A DNA stretch of 64,000 nucleotides. It comes from Methanobacteriota archaeon (GTDB taxonomy: Archaea; Thermoplasmatota; Poseidoniia; Poseidoniales; Thalassarchaeaceae). The stretch is from assembly GCA_018654845.1 (NCBI GenBank), contig JABIKU010000011.1, positions 29,596 to 93,595 of the forward strand. The letters are read 5' to 3'. The notes under the pieces were generated by a model. It worked only from the letters and a program-made list of their open reading frames with translations, was not told the origin of the DNA and made no database searches. The number at the start of each line of letters is the position of its first letter. The stretch's first letter is position 1. Shown piece after piece: positions 7,901-15,424 of this stretch. The position numbers and the translations under genes were made by a program.

Positions 7901-10850
7901 CTCCCGAAAAACCAGTTACTTTTCTTGAAGATAAGCCAGCGTGCCTTAGCATTACTGCGAATACAGTTGCAAATTGGTCACATGATCCTTCTTGTGTATT
8001 ATTAAGAATATAAAAAGTTAGGTCACTCTCATAATCATGAGATAGATTTGGTTGAACACCATCGTAATTTCTAGTGAACGTAGTAGTAGTATTCCCATTA
8101 ATCAGGAAGTTTTGAATCGCAACCACCTTTTCCCACGCCGAAAATGCACCCGAATCATTCAGCACAGTCTGAGTTATCGAAGCTGGCACTTCGCTCTGTC
8201 GATCTAAATAAGGAGCCGGTAAATCCATTGCATAATTACTGCCTAAAAATCCCGTAGTGTTTTCTTGAATTTCAGCCATAAAGGAAACCTGAGGCGCGGT
8301 GATGAAGATTGTGTCAATAGAGGATTGGTCTACGATTACATCACGAGTGTAATTAGAAAAATTTAGTCCTGCATTTTGATCAATCCAACTAGTCCAATTT
8401 ACAGCATTATATGGTAGAATTAATTCATCACCGGGTTGGATTTCAGCACCGATTTGATACTCTATTGTCCAAGCCTTGAGTTCAGAATCATCCCAATAAG
8501 TGGCAGCAGCCACCCCCTGTGTTGAAGAGAAAGATGGAACAATAATCGTATTGCCTACTAGGCTTGAATTGACTCCAAAGGAGACTCCAGTATAGGAATC
8601 ATATGTGTGCCACCTCCAATATTGCTTGATATTTGTATCGATGCCGGAGGTTGTATTCGTTGCGAGGAAATAGAGCATGTTGTCATCAAAGTCATCAACC
8701 GCATCCCAGGGATTGGTTGGCGAATTCAAGCAATTTACATCCCAAAATTCTTCTGGGCATTCAATTCCATCTGGAACTCCGCCGCCGTCAGTATCTGGAT
8801 TCAACCAATCAGTACCGATTGCTTGCTCAATTGTATCAGGTATTCCATCTCCATCAGTATCTAGAGGATTCAAGTCATCCTCTGGATTATTTTGAGGATT
8901 TGTGCCATCAATATATTCTTGACCATCGGCAATACCACCATTGTCGGTATCGGTTTCATTCCAGAGAGTGAAATATGTGTCAATCGTCCCATTTTCGCCA
9001 CCGGCACCAAATACTAAGTCACATCCAGTCGTGTTCTCAAAGTAATTATTCAAGCCATCACCATCGCTATCGAGCAGATTATGACAAGGTTCCATCGGAT
9101 CAGTTTGATTTTGAAGTTCAGTTAAATCATCAACTCCATCACCATCGGAATCGGATAGATTAGCCATGGAGAAAGAACCCCATGTGCCGAGCCATTCTTC
9201 CCAATCAGCTAATCCATCACCATCTGTATCAAGATAATCGTCATCACAATGTGGTGAGTTAATCGCACCAGCAGTAGCGTTCCAGCACCAAGAATTATTC
9301 GTAAAGACCACAGATACCGCACTACTTGGCATATCTGTATCGACATTTCTCAAAAATTGATTAGAAATAAATTCATACCTAAATCCTACCCTCGATGCAT
9401 TCGCCAAGACATAATATGCCATCATCGACCCTTGTTGCCGCCAATCCATTGGAGTAGGATCGAGGTCAGAGGTATCATTCAACTCAAGCATTTGCTGAGC
9501 TGAATCCCAAGAAACTATTGTTTTGAGTATCTCAATTTCGGATAAGCACGGATCCGTGTGATGAGAAAGGGAATGTTCGTCACCATCACTGACTCCACCA
9601 CCATCGGTATCGGTAACGTTCCACTTGGTACAAGTCATGTTTTCTTCCCAATTTTCTATCCCATCACCATCAACGTCACCGATATCTTCAATTCTCGTAG
9701 GGTCGGTTTCATTTCCATCGACCACCCCATTTCCATTAACGTCCTCTTCTCCGTCATCGAATTGATCACCATCGGTATTGTTGTTTCTTGGGTCAGTAGC
9801 TTGAGGAGGATCGCCGTATAAACCATTTACTTCGACACCGTCGTGAATTCCATCACCATCTGTATCGACAGCAGTAGGGTCGGTGAGAAGTATAAGAGCT
9901 TCATATGAATCGTTCAAACCGTCTCCATCAGTATCGTTGTTATTTGGATCGGTTTGGGTAATTCCATCGACTTCAGCAGTGAAAATCAAACATCCACCAG
10001 GACCTAACAATAGAACTGGGTTACAAGGAGATTCTGTGGCAGTCATTGCATATGGACCAGGACGGAAATATTGAGTAGGTGGAGTAGTTGTTCCATTTCT
10101 TGTCCCCCAAGCAGGATTTACATATTCTTTCAAATTAACTAATCCGTCGCCATCAGGATCTCCGTTGCCGCCGTCTAAATTTGAAGCAGAGGTTGGGTCG
10201 AGATTGTTTGCAACCTCCCAACCATCCGGCATTCCGTCGCCATCGGTATCCCAGCCATCAGGATCCTCATCTATGAGGCCATCACCATCATCATCATCAC
10301 TGGAACAATCAGCGTCTCCATCACCATCATCATCGAAATTATCGACGAGCCCATCTTTATCATCATCAAATCCGTTAAAACAAATATTCCCAACTGGATC
10401 TTCATCATAACCATCAGTTCCTGAACCTTGCAATAATTGCATAGCGCTCTCTTCATCCCATTCTCGGACAGGAACCGTACCATTCCACCAAACTCCATTA
10501 TCAAGTACGTTCAGTGTTAGAGGATTATCCCAACCCGCCGGTATCGAATACAGATACTCATTCAGATTTGTGAAGGCATCCCCATCAGGGTCACCAACAG
10601 ATCCGTTGTCTCCACTCGTCGAGAGTGGATTTAATCCATATTGCCATTCCCAACCATCAGGAAGTCCGTCATTATCACTATCCCAATCTTGAGGTTGTGT
10701 GTTGATATAGAATTCCAGACCATATGTCAATCCGTCACCATCATCATCAGTTGAAGCCAATGCTTCCCAGCTCCCAAATTCGATTGCAGAGTAGGATGAA
10801 ATCAGCATTAACATCGTAAAGACGACTGCTGAACGACGCTTTCGCATCAT
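1938..10850 (-). CDS. Giant membrane-anchored surface protein: Ca-binding DxDxDG repeats, transglutaminase-like domain, long Ig-like beta-rich stalk, TM helix, DUF4129-like cytoplasmic tail
   Basis: ORF 1938-10958 (TTG). ATG at 10850 gives a signal-like N-terminus MMRKRRSAVVFTMLMLISS. TG-like core GSCDQFATVFAVMLRHAGLSSRKVTGF...WVEV...GWVPFE. TM ILFGLLIVFILVGLIGGGMMY. Tail ETVREFE...IFEEARYSSH. Many N-x-S/T sequons. Confidence 0.8.
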   Translation of the reverse strand: MMRKRRSAVVFTMLMLISSYSAIEFGSWEALASTDDDGDGLTYGLEFYINTQPQDWDSDNDGLPDGWEWQYGLNPLSTSGDNGSVGDPDGDAFTNLNEYLYSIPAGWDNPLTLNVLDNGVWWNGTVPVREWDEESAMQLLQGSGTDGYDEDPVGNICFNGFDDDKDGLVDNFDDDGDGDADCSSDDDDGDGLIDEDPDGWDTDGDGMPDGWEVANNLDPTSASNLDGGNGDPDGDGLVNLKEYVNPAWGTRNGTTTPPTQYFRPGPYAMTATESPCNPVLLLGPGGCLIFTAEVDGITQTDPNNNDTDGDGLNDSYEALILLTDPTAVDTDGDGIHDGVEVNGLYGDPPQATDPRNNNTDGDQFDDGEEDVNGNGVVDGNETDPTRIEDIGDVDGDGIENWEENMTCTKWNVTDTDGGGVSDGDEHSLSHHTDPCLSEIEILKTIVSWDSAQQMLELNDTSDLDPTPMDWRQQGSMMAYYVLANASRVGFRYEFISNQFLRNVDTDMPSSAVSVVFTNNSWCWNATAGAINSPHCDDDYLDTDGDGLADWEEWLGTWGSFSMANLSDSDGDGVDDLTELQNQTDPMEPCHNLLDSDGDGLNNYFENTTGCDLVFGAGGENGTIDTYFTLWNETDTDNGGIADGQEYIDGTNPQNNPEDDLNPLDTDGDGIPDTIEQAIGTDWLNPDTDGGGVPDGIECPEEFWDVNCLNSPTNPWDAVDDFDDNMLYFLATNTTSGIDTNIKQYWRWHTYDSYTGVSFGVNSSLVGNTIIVPSFSSTQGVAAATYWDDSELKAWTIEYQIGAEIQPGDELILPYNAVNWTSWIDQNAGLNFSNYTRDVIVDQSSIDTIFITAPQVSFMAEIQENTTGFLGSNYAMDLPAPYLDRQSEVPASITQTVLNDSGAFSAWEKVVAIQNFLINGNTTTTFTRNYDGVQPNLSHDYESDLTFYILNNTQEGSCDQFATVFAVMLRHAGLSSRKVTGFSGGTWNGKAFEVYGSDFTTWVEVHLQTNANQGNETIGWVPFEACPPQALVEVVNEEWGPTIFDRDLNGSEIWLNGTLQFAENGTFAENVTIDLYLVKGNETALVPGPAATENHLIASGMTDLNGSFNLNGTPLEPVNPGYGALVLHVYQKAYVGVQGISFVWRMNITDDSVMSISSPPPITEPMLGVGVNTTFTGEMNWENSPFSDPSVVDNMQVLLNYTTSVDGPQNLIADIGPSGYYEFSVPIDDAEPLGLINASLAFLGWHEDDLNNASTPEYHVRPSTFSFMFNITPSPNLSVVLEAQGINNTFLDIDSPVYINGSAMSRGLSPESLNGTLYFQMRRANTNGPYVTLATWYLNDSNWTTTPGDFELSWAFLGSDVPIPAGFVEVKFQFDAEGLFANDEVTYLTEHGIRSNVNFNYTLGLQSRGNMAEVEVILTDHTDTSVANFLGTYLLDFDGENVWNETDPSVPRIATEWMIPTDIEAGDYSWILNYSGSTWFNPASVVDLVRIQGRANATVNLGSDWTPRGTTNWVSGHANDKALNTVITGNNSSVTVQLEVPSDLPPLPDGSPAPPVIHRLGSTWINNATGEYNLTFSMPIGVGSSVYVLRVFLDFTVNAPAGGHYYSVSDADKVDAGIQTEYIVESAPTSLIVVAGQVMIINATITDVEDESPIPDASANLYFDFGGPLQQLLESDLSGADGVVRFSPTIPADTPPGYYTVRVHAPDDITDNLTVPNAGRWLGNESSSNLTVQVASYIDLDPLAPEVTAGSTFIVSGQVMDAIDANRTVDGPMAVEVFFLDDPSETLISTHTTSNNGTFNITVPTDPFGDGVTSGIKTVVVSVLNGSTPFYLTGTGNDTILVRGVTAFRDKTPFLNMVVDRGDTIVFSAKLVESSDSDRNLAGMNISAIFHDTWMSESVTNGVGDVNFSFNIPHDHPLGLVSVILYYNGSNTLHNTLTLISTITIRSQTFITVDPILDNPAAGDSFNVSGTLTSSNGSAIIDRAGNTLAPSLTFMINGESNTFQIISSSVDLNGSWLANIRLDLTFPRGSHNIEATFTPTVNYYGLSVENGTFDSRGYSLITIINPLDLDPDERTVRGDNLSMNFSLIDNAGGVVPAAQIDIYVDELFTTSVFSDSLGLANTTILIDENREAGSMEIRAVFAGFNGTTGLVGDEAITRVVILAPSVLELTAFSGSAIAGESITFHGTLLDEHGNALLENGQVHGGIIHLSIDGVDVGPIYSTQSNSTTGEWSITYSLPLDSDYGAHQVRVDFLGGFTWVDPMGQGDSLNPEFYLSSTFNMEFNVTQTSQVVLTTPPGEVDRNQLLLIEGLLTDGSGRVLPNRYVNVYMNDQLLTGLNIDENGSFSLYIPVPPDMELGPRIVKIEYEGEEFILASNSSTIFIVFAPTVVSVFSPEPSAVGDTLRLSGTVRDNMPNGMIVNHSLEIFIDGTLIGITTSDENGYWVLNWVVSEFIDVGVHTVTVKAPQQGYYREGQIETNLTIAYHSGITLQVDSSVVTRGGVWNFSGRLFDDDSSGHPGLEDREFSVLLDGEIIETITTSIDGTFSFNHELGYTIARGGHEISVVFDGETFYLPIAYNMTVFVKADITLEILWVADTIIRSDVEHPIKIEGRILEVGGEGNILEDLVVTLHWSSTSAEPATITWDEATGHFRIISPAHYPMPPGDIDMWVEVEADSARYLNFGQVDFSVGMMVPVNFRFNPDSQYVGKDTRIIRGTINVTATDTLMPVANISISALLINSTSGLSLLPKITMMTDENGIFAYEFKAVEPLPPLWDQSFWGPLKIMFSTDSTFVDPSNRTWLATQHGGLEIEYEPAEKASLMTPILFGLLIVFILVGLIGGGMMYRRRQQATLDDLAGVFSYTAELLAAGDAFREAIFNCYESLCQILMRRGFLRRDFETVREFEMAIRAALPISEQSLIALDRIFEEARYSSHILGEGHRQNAQISLNAVLQEIDQLQEVPVRDDFIQIDPEQ
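8755..10750 (-). repeat. Protein-level TSP3-like/DxDxDG calcium-binding repeats (about 20 copies) in the N-terminal quarter of the giant protein
   Basis: Recurring DTDGDG/DSDGDG/DPDGDG/DTDGGG followed by (L/I/M)xDxxE and T(D/N)P, e.g. DSDNDGLPDGWE, DTDGDGMPDGWE, DTDGDGIPDTIE. Degenerate at DNA level. Confidence 0.8.
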
Positions 10851-10969
10851 CGAATTATCGATAATGCTGATGGTATTGAACTGCAAAGCACTCACCCTAT
10901 GTTGCCTATGGCGATTCATTAGGGTCTTAAGAGGAATGGAGCGTCGTTCGGACAGCAATTCTTCTGAAA

Positions 10970-13909
10970 TTAAACGAGTTCGATTTCATCATCCTCGTAA
11001 CGCTCGACACCGTCATCGATTTCCGAAGTTACTGGAGCAGGTATATCGTCCTCTTCAACAGCATCTTCATCCTCTTCTTCATCATTATTCAAAGCCTCGA
11101 TGAGAGCCATGTGAGATGCCCATCTTCGTCGGTTTAATCCACTCTGGATTCCAGCGAAAATTAGCAAAATACCTACGATAGAACTGACTAGAGTCAATGG
11201 CCTTGGATGAGTCACTTCATTGATAATTATCGAAATAATTGAACTTAGTCCAACCGTCATGTCAACTGTTTTTTTTGCGGTATAATCATCGGACCAACTC
11301 TGGGTAGTATCAAGTGGAGTTGCAGTAACAAAAACCTGAACTACGTCGCCATTATTTGCACCTGTTGGCACCCTTACTTTGAGATTGAACGTCAATTCAT
11401 CAAAAGCGTCGAGGACAATTAAATTAGAACCGGATGGGCCGTCGACTTCGACCTCCCAGCCACTAGCTTCAACATCTGCATCGAGAAGTAATGTCATCTG
11501 TGAATTACCGAGATTTTTAACCTTCATTTGAATTGAATAATCTTCACCAGGTTTTAATTTTCTATCAGGTGAAACCTGAACGATTTGGATGTTAGGTTCA
11601 TCGGCATCGATTTCAAATTCCATTGGAAGATCGAAGTATCGCGCATCTTCATCCTCTGTATCTTCAATTATTCGAAGATAAACTGTATGATTCCCTTGCT
11701 CGACTTGACTAGTTAGAGTGACAGTGACAAAAACTTCAATGAAATCCCCTGGACCTAGAGACACCCTTGGCACACTTTCACCATTTTCATCTGCAATGTT
11801 AAACTGCCATTGCCCATATGCTGAATCACGATCAACGTTCTCATCGAGAGTAGCCGGATTTGGAATTCGCCAGTATGTTGAGGAATCTCCAGTAGTCATG
11901 CTGTTGATGATCCTCACCCTCATACTAACCTCTGCATTGCCAGGGCCTGGCGAACAAAGAGACACTAAAATATGTCCGAGTGGAGAACCATCACAATCAT
12001 GTGCTACCTCCGCTCGAATACCAAAAGTACGCTGAATTGTAAACATTACAGTTGTCCGTAGAGATGCATTACCAGTAGATACTATCTCAATTTCAATCAA
12101 TCCAGTATCGGGATCTTCTCTGTCAGAAGATGGTTTAATGTTCAACATCAAAATTTGAGTAGAGTGACGGTCTAGCATAGCAGAGTGGAATGTTCCGTCA
12201 CCCTCATTTTCGAGAATTCGCTCACCTGTATCATTATCATAAACTTGAATAATTGACTTTGAGCGCTGTAAAATATCTATTCTGAATGTATCTGAATCAA
12301 AACCAGTGTTGAATATTTCAAGTAAAAATGGGTTAAATTGATTGTACTCAACATATCGAGGGATTGTGTAATCAACTGAATCGGGATGACTGGAGTTAGA
12401 AATTGGAATGTCGTGATCCTCCGACCAAACAGAAACATCAGGAGGTTGAAATACATCAATTTTCTCAATATCTATTAGCAAAGTATCCTGATGAACGACA
12501 GTGAGGATACCGTCAACTTCGGCCTCAGCTACGGCTCTGATTTCGATACTCTCTGGAGTCCCTGTGAGGTCATCTGGTGCTTGAAGGGTAAGAATTGGAT
12601 TGAGAATATCTCCACCAGCATCGAGTTGGTAATTATTTGAATCAGAATCGAATTCGACTAACCACGAGCCACCTAAATTTGTCATCACTTCTAATTCGAC
12701 CGTCATTGATTTTGTAGAATCACCACGGTGAACTAATTGGAGTGGAATTGGAGTGATTTCGTTTGGTGCGATATATTCGGTTTGGCGATTTAATCGGTGG
12801 TTAATAGATACGCCAAACTGATGCATTTCGACCGGATCATGGTCGATAAGTACGTGGTTACCTTGAATATCAGTAATCTCCAACTCAACTGTATATTCTC
12901 CAGCTGGTAGACCGCTTGGGTATGTCCAAAGATAATCCCCAAAAATACCTTCATTGGTATCTTCGATTTCTTGATCATCAGTAGTAATTATGTGATCGAT
13001 TCGATAAACACCTTGTGGGTCTCTCAAAATTAATCGGATAGTATCGATATCATATCGGCCGAAAGAACTCTTCACATCGAAGGTGAATTGCATTGAGCGC
13101 TGTTCTAGTATATCATTAGGGAACCATTCCAATTCACTACCCTCTGCTAATTCAGCTCCTTCCCGTTGCAATAATACCAAGCTATTTGAGAGAGCATTTG
13201 CCTCTACTTCAATCTGTGAATAACGACTGGTTTCATCATCGATTTCATTCCATGCAACTTCAGCTGAGCAACTCGAACCGAAAGGTCCGCCACCACCATC
13301 ACAGCCAGACATTTCAGCAGAAACCGAAATTTCTAATACCGCATCTTCAGGAATTGTGAAAAATTCTGTGGCGCCCAAATCGACATCAAATGATTCGTGG
13401 TCAAAATTGCAGGAATTTCCGATACCGGTATTACAAGCTGCTGTACTCCAAGCTGTCGAACCGATTTGGCTTCCAGCTGCTTCAATGTTTATCGTCCACT
13501 CGACATTTGAATTGCTGGGTCCTACAGCCTTCAAAAATAGATTGATCGGGAGAAAGTATTTTCCAGAACTCGAACCGTGCTGGGGACGACCGTAAATATC
13601 CAAAGTGGAAAGAAGATCTTCCGTACTGAATTCGACTTTTTCATCCAATGCACTTGCGGTCTCTTGCCCGCCCGATTCAGGAACCTTCGTCGTAAGAATA
13701 CCTTCACCATCAGATGTTGATTCACCCGCAGCGAAATAAAGTGTGTAGAGTTTCAAATCTGGGCTTTCACCAGCATGGTAAGAAATCTCATCATTCAACT
13801 CCGATGTTTCCACTGTACTCAGAAAAATTGGCAATAGCATCAAGAAAGCCAAAAGCACGGCAATTTGAGCAGAATTACCACTCGAATCTTCTATGCTGCG
13901 CACTTTCAT
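10970..13909 (-). CDS. Secreted/membrane-anchored surface protein with NEW3/CARDB-like Ig domains
   Basis: N-terminal hydrophobic stretch IAVLLAFLMLLPIFL; beta-rich body with Cys pairs; NEW3-like unit PGEDYSIQMKVKNLGN...GWEV...LKVRVPTGANNGD; C-terminal TM and acidic tail. ATG at 13909 (track start 13915 is TTG). Confidence 0.6.
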   Translation of the reverse strand: MKVRSIEDSSGNSAQIAVLLAFLMLLPIFLSTVETSELNDEISYHAGESPDLKLYTLYFAAGESTSDGEGILTTKVPESGGQETASALDEKVEFSTEDLLSTLDIYGRPQHGSSSGKYFLPINLFLKAVGPSNSNVEWTINIEAAGSQIGSTAWSTAACNTGIGNSCNFDHESFDVDLGATEFFTIPEDAVLEISVSAEMSGCDGGGGPFGSSCSAEVAWNEIDDETSRYSQIEVEANALSNSLVLLQREGAELAEGSELEWFPNDILEQRSMQFTFDVKSSFGRYDIDTIRLILRDPQGVYRIDHIITTDDQEIEDTNEGIFGDYLWTYPSGLPAGEYTVELEITDIQGNHVLIDHDPVEMHQFGVSINHRLNRQTEYIAPNEITPIPLQLVHRGDSTKSMTVELEVMTNLGGSWLVEFDSDSNNYQLDAGGDILNPILTLQAPDDLTGTPESIEIRAVAEAEVDGILTVVHQDTLLIDIEKIDVFQPPDVSVWSEDHDIPISNSSHPDSVDYTIPRYVEYNQFNPFLLEIFNTGFDSDTFRIDILQRSKSIIQVYDNDTGERILENEGDGTFHSAMLDRHSTQILMLNIKPSSDREDPDTGLIEIEIVSTGNASLRTTVMFTIQRTFGIRAEVAHDCDGSPLGHILVSLCSPGPGNAEVSMRVRIINSMTTGDSSTYWRIPNPATLDENVDRDSAYGQWQFNIADENGESVPRVSLGPGDFIEVFVTVTLTSQVEQGNHTVYLRIIEDTEDEDARYFDLPMEFEIDADEPNIQIVQVSPDRKLKPGEDYSIQMKVKNLGNSQMTLLLDADVEASGWEVEVDGPSGSNLIVLDAFDELTFNLKVRVPTGANNGDVVQVFVTATPLDTTQSWSDDYTAKKTVDMTVGLSSIISIIINEVTHPRPLTLVSSIVGILLIFAGIQSGLNRRRWASHMALIEALNNDEEEDEDAVEEDDIPAPVTSEIDDGVERYEDDEIELV

Positions 13910-14027
13910 GCTCAATCCGCCGTTCTCGGGGTGTTAAAGCGTTCGCGTAAAAAGTCCATGCCTTGCATCGGTTATCCTACTCATTCGAGCCGCGCGATTC
14001 AAGAATACGAGCCGACGGCGAGAACAT

Positions 14028-14112
14028 GCAGGGGTACCCGAGTGGTCAAAGGGGCCGGACTTAAGCTCCGGTGGCAAGGCCTTCGTGGGTTCGAATCCCA
14101 CCCCCTGCACCA
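14028..14112 (+). tRNA. tRNA-Leu (anticodon TAA), CCA encoded, no intron
   Basis: GCAGGGG/CCCCTGC acceptor stem + A-CCA; D-loop AGTGG; anticodon stem CCGGA-CTTAAGC-TCCGG; long variable arm; T-loop GGTTCGAATCC. Confidence 0.97.
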
Positions 14113-14149
14113 AAGACAAAATTTATCGTGAAGAATTCGGATTCTGCCC

Positions 14150-14157
14150 AAAAAAAA
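14150..14157 (-). terminator. Possible oligo-T terminator for the SDR-folB unit
   Basis: T8 on the minus strand directly after the folB stop, facing the tRNA. Archaeal terminators are often T-runs. Confidence 0.3.
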
Positions 14158-14559
14158 TTACTTCATCCGAGTCATAGAACAACCCAATCGACCATCACCA
14201 TCGAGCACATCCAATTTGGTGATCACAATGCTCGCTGCATCGACTGCTGCTGGCTCCATTATTAAATCCAAAATTCTATCTGCCAAAGTCTCCAAAAGTG
14301 CTACTCGATTTGCTGCTAAAACCCGATCTAAAACATCGATTAAATACTCATAATTGAGTACGTCGTCAATCTCATCTGATTTAGACGGTTCCGCACCACC
14401 AATCATCACATAAATATCGAAGCGAACACGCTGCAGTGCCCCGATTTCATAATCGTGAATACCTATATCAATTTCACGAATAATATCTTCTAAAAATAAA
14501 GAGGTTGCACCTTGGTTTGCAAGCAATAATTGCATGATCGCTTCGTTATGGTTAGTCAT
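14158..14559 (-). CDS. folB: Dihydroneopterin aldolase (bacterial FolB type)
   Basis: IDIGIHDYE...QRVRFDI, NYEYL, LLETLADRI, ITKLDV; ATG at 14559. Confidence 0.85.
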   Translation of the reverse strand: MTNHNEAIMQLLLANQGATSLFLEDIIREIDIGIHDYEIGALQRVRFDIYVMIGGAEPSKSDEIDDVLNYEYLIDVLDRVLAANRVALLETLADRILDLIMEPAAVDAASIVITKLDVLDGDGRLGCSMTRMK

Positions 14560-14563
14560 GGTA

Positions 14564-15322
14564 TCACTCGGTCTCAAAAAGAACATCTCGGGCTCTTGCT
14601 AAGAACCTCTCTCCAGAATCAACAAAAAGAACTTGCCCAGTAACTGCACGAGCACTCAAAAGATAGTTTACAGCATCTGCAATATCATCTGGAGAAGGGC
14701 CGAAACCTAGTGGGGTTTCGGCACTTGCTCGGGCAAAGCCCGCTTCACTTTGTTCAGAACTCGCCAGCGTGTGGCCGGGAGCCACAGCATTGACACGGAT
14801 TTGCGGGGCTAAACCACGTGCGAGAGCATCGGTAAGTCCGAGGAGTGCATAGCGCGAGGCAGTATAGGACAGATAGTCTGGATTCGGTTCGAAAATTTTC
14901 TGATCTAGCACGTTGACAACGCTTGCATTTCCTCTCTCAGATAGGCTCAATTTTAATGCTCGAATAAGCAACATGGGAGCCTTCGCATTCACATCCATAT
15001 GAGAATCCCATTTGTCGGTATCGATTGAATCAATATCGTCGTGAACAAACATCGAAGCATTGTTTACAATGCCTTGCAGTGATCCGTATTTTTTGATTGA
15101 TGCAGTGATTAGGGTTTGAGCTGAAGATGAATTAGAAAGATCTGCTTGAATGCATATTGCTGACGAACCAATTGCATGAATTTCTGCTACGGTTTTCTCA
15201 GCCTCGTCGGGAGAGTTACGATGATGGATAATTACATCATATCCCGACCGAGCCAGCGAGAGGGAAATCCTCCGACCGATACGCTTCGCCCCACCGGTGA
15301 CCAAAACTGCACCTCGCGACAT
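14564..15322 (-). CDS. SDR oxidoreductase, pteridine reductase/FolM-like
   Basis: VLVTGGAKRIG, IIHHRNS, VNNASMF, VNAVAPG; adjacent to folB; YTASR at the YxxxK position. ATG at 15322. Confidence 0.75.
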   Translation of the reverse strand: MSRGAVLVTGGAKRIGRRISLSLARSGYDVIIHHRNSPDEAEKTVAEIHAIGSSAICIQADLSNSSSAQTLITASIKKYGSLQGIVNNASMFVHDDIDSIDTDKWDSHMDVNAKAPMLLIRALKLSLSERGNASVVNVLDQKIFEPNPDYLSYTASRYALLGLTDALARGLAPQIRVNAVAPGHTLASSEQSEAGFARASAETPLGFGPSPDDIADAVNYLLSARAVTGQVLFVDSGERFLARARDVLFETE

Positions 15323-15424
15323 AACTCGCCGAGATATCCTTGTGCTTTCACCTCTTGGATTCAAATCCTACCATATATTCTCTAAGGAGAATAGTTTTCA
15401 TCCAATGGCTGTCCCTTTGAATCA

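Noticed and set aside
2899-10504. Numerous 60-120 aa antisense or alternate-frame ORFs over the giant gene (and similar ones over carB, bkd, etf)
   Set aside because: Fully overlap well-supported genes and have no recognisable motifs; shadow ORFs.
8755-10750. Repetitive CATCAT/GAT-rich DNA as a CRISPR or tandem array
   Set aside because: Explained by Asp-rich protein repeats; no constant repeat-spacer structure and no cas genes.
14028-14112. tRNA-Leu as an integration site for a genomic island
   Set aside because: No integrase in the window and I found no duplicated tRNA 3' end; neighbours are ordinary genes.
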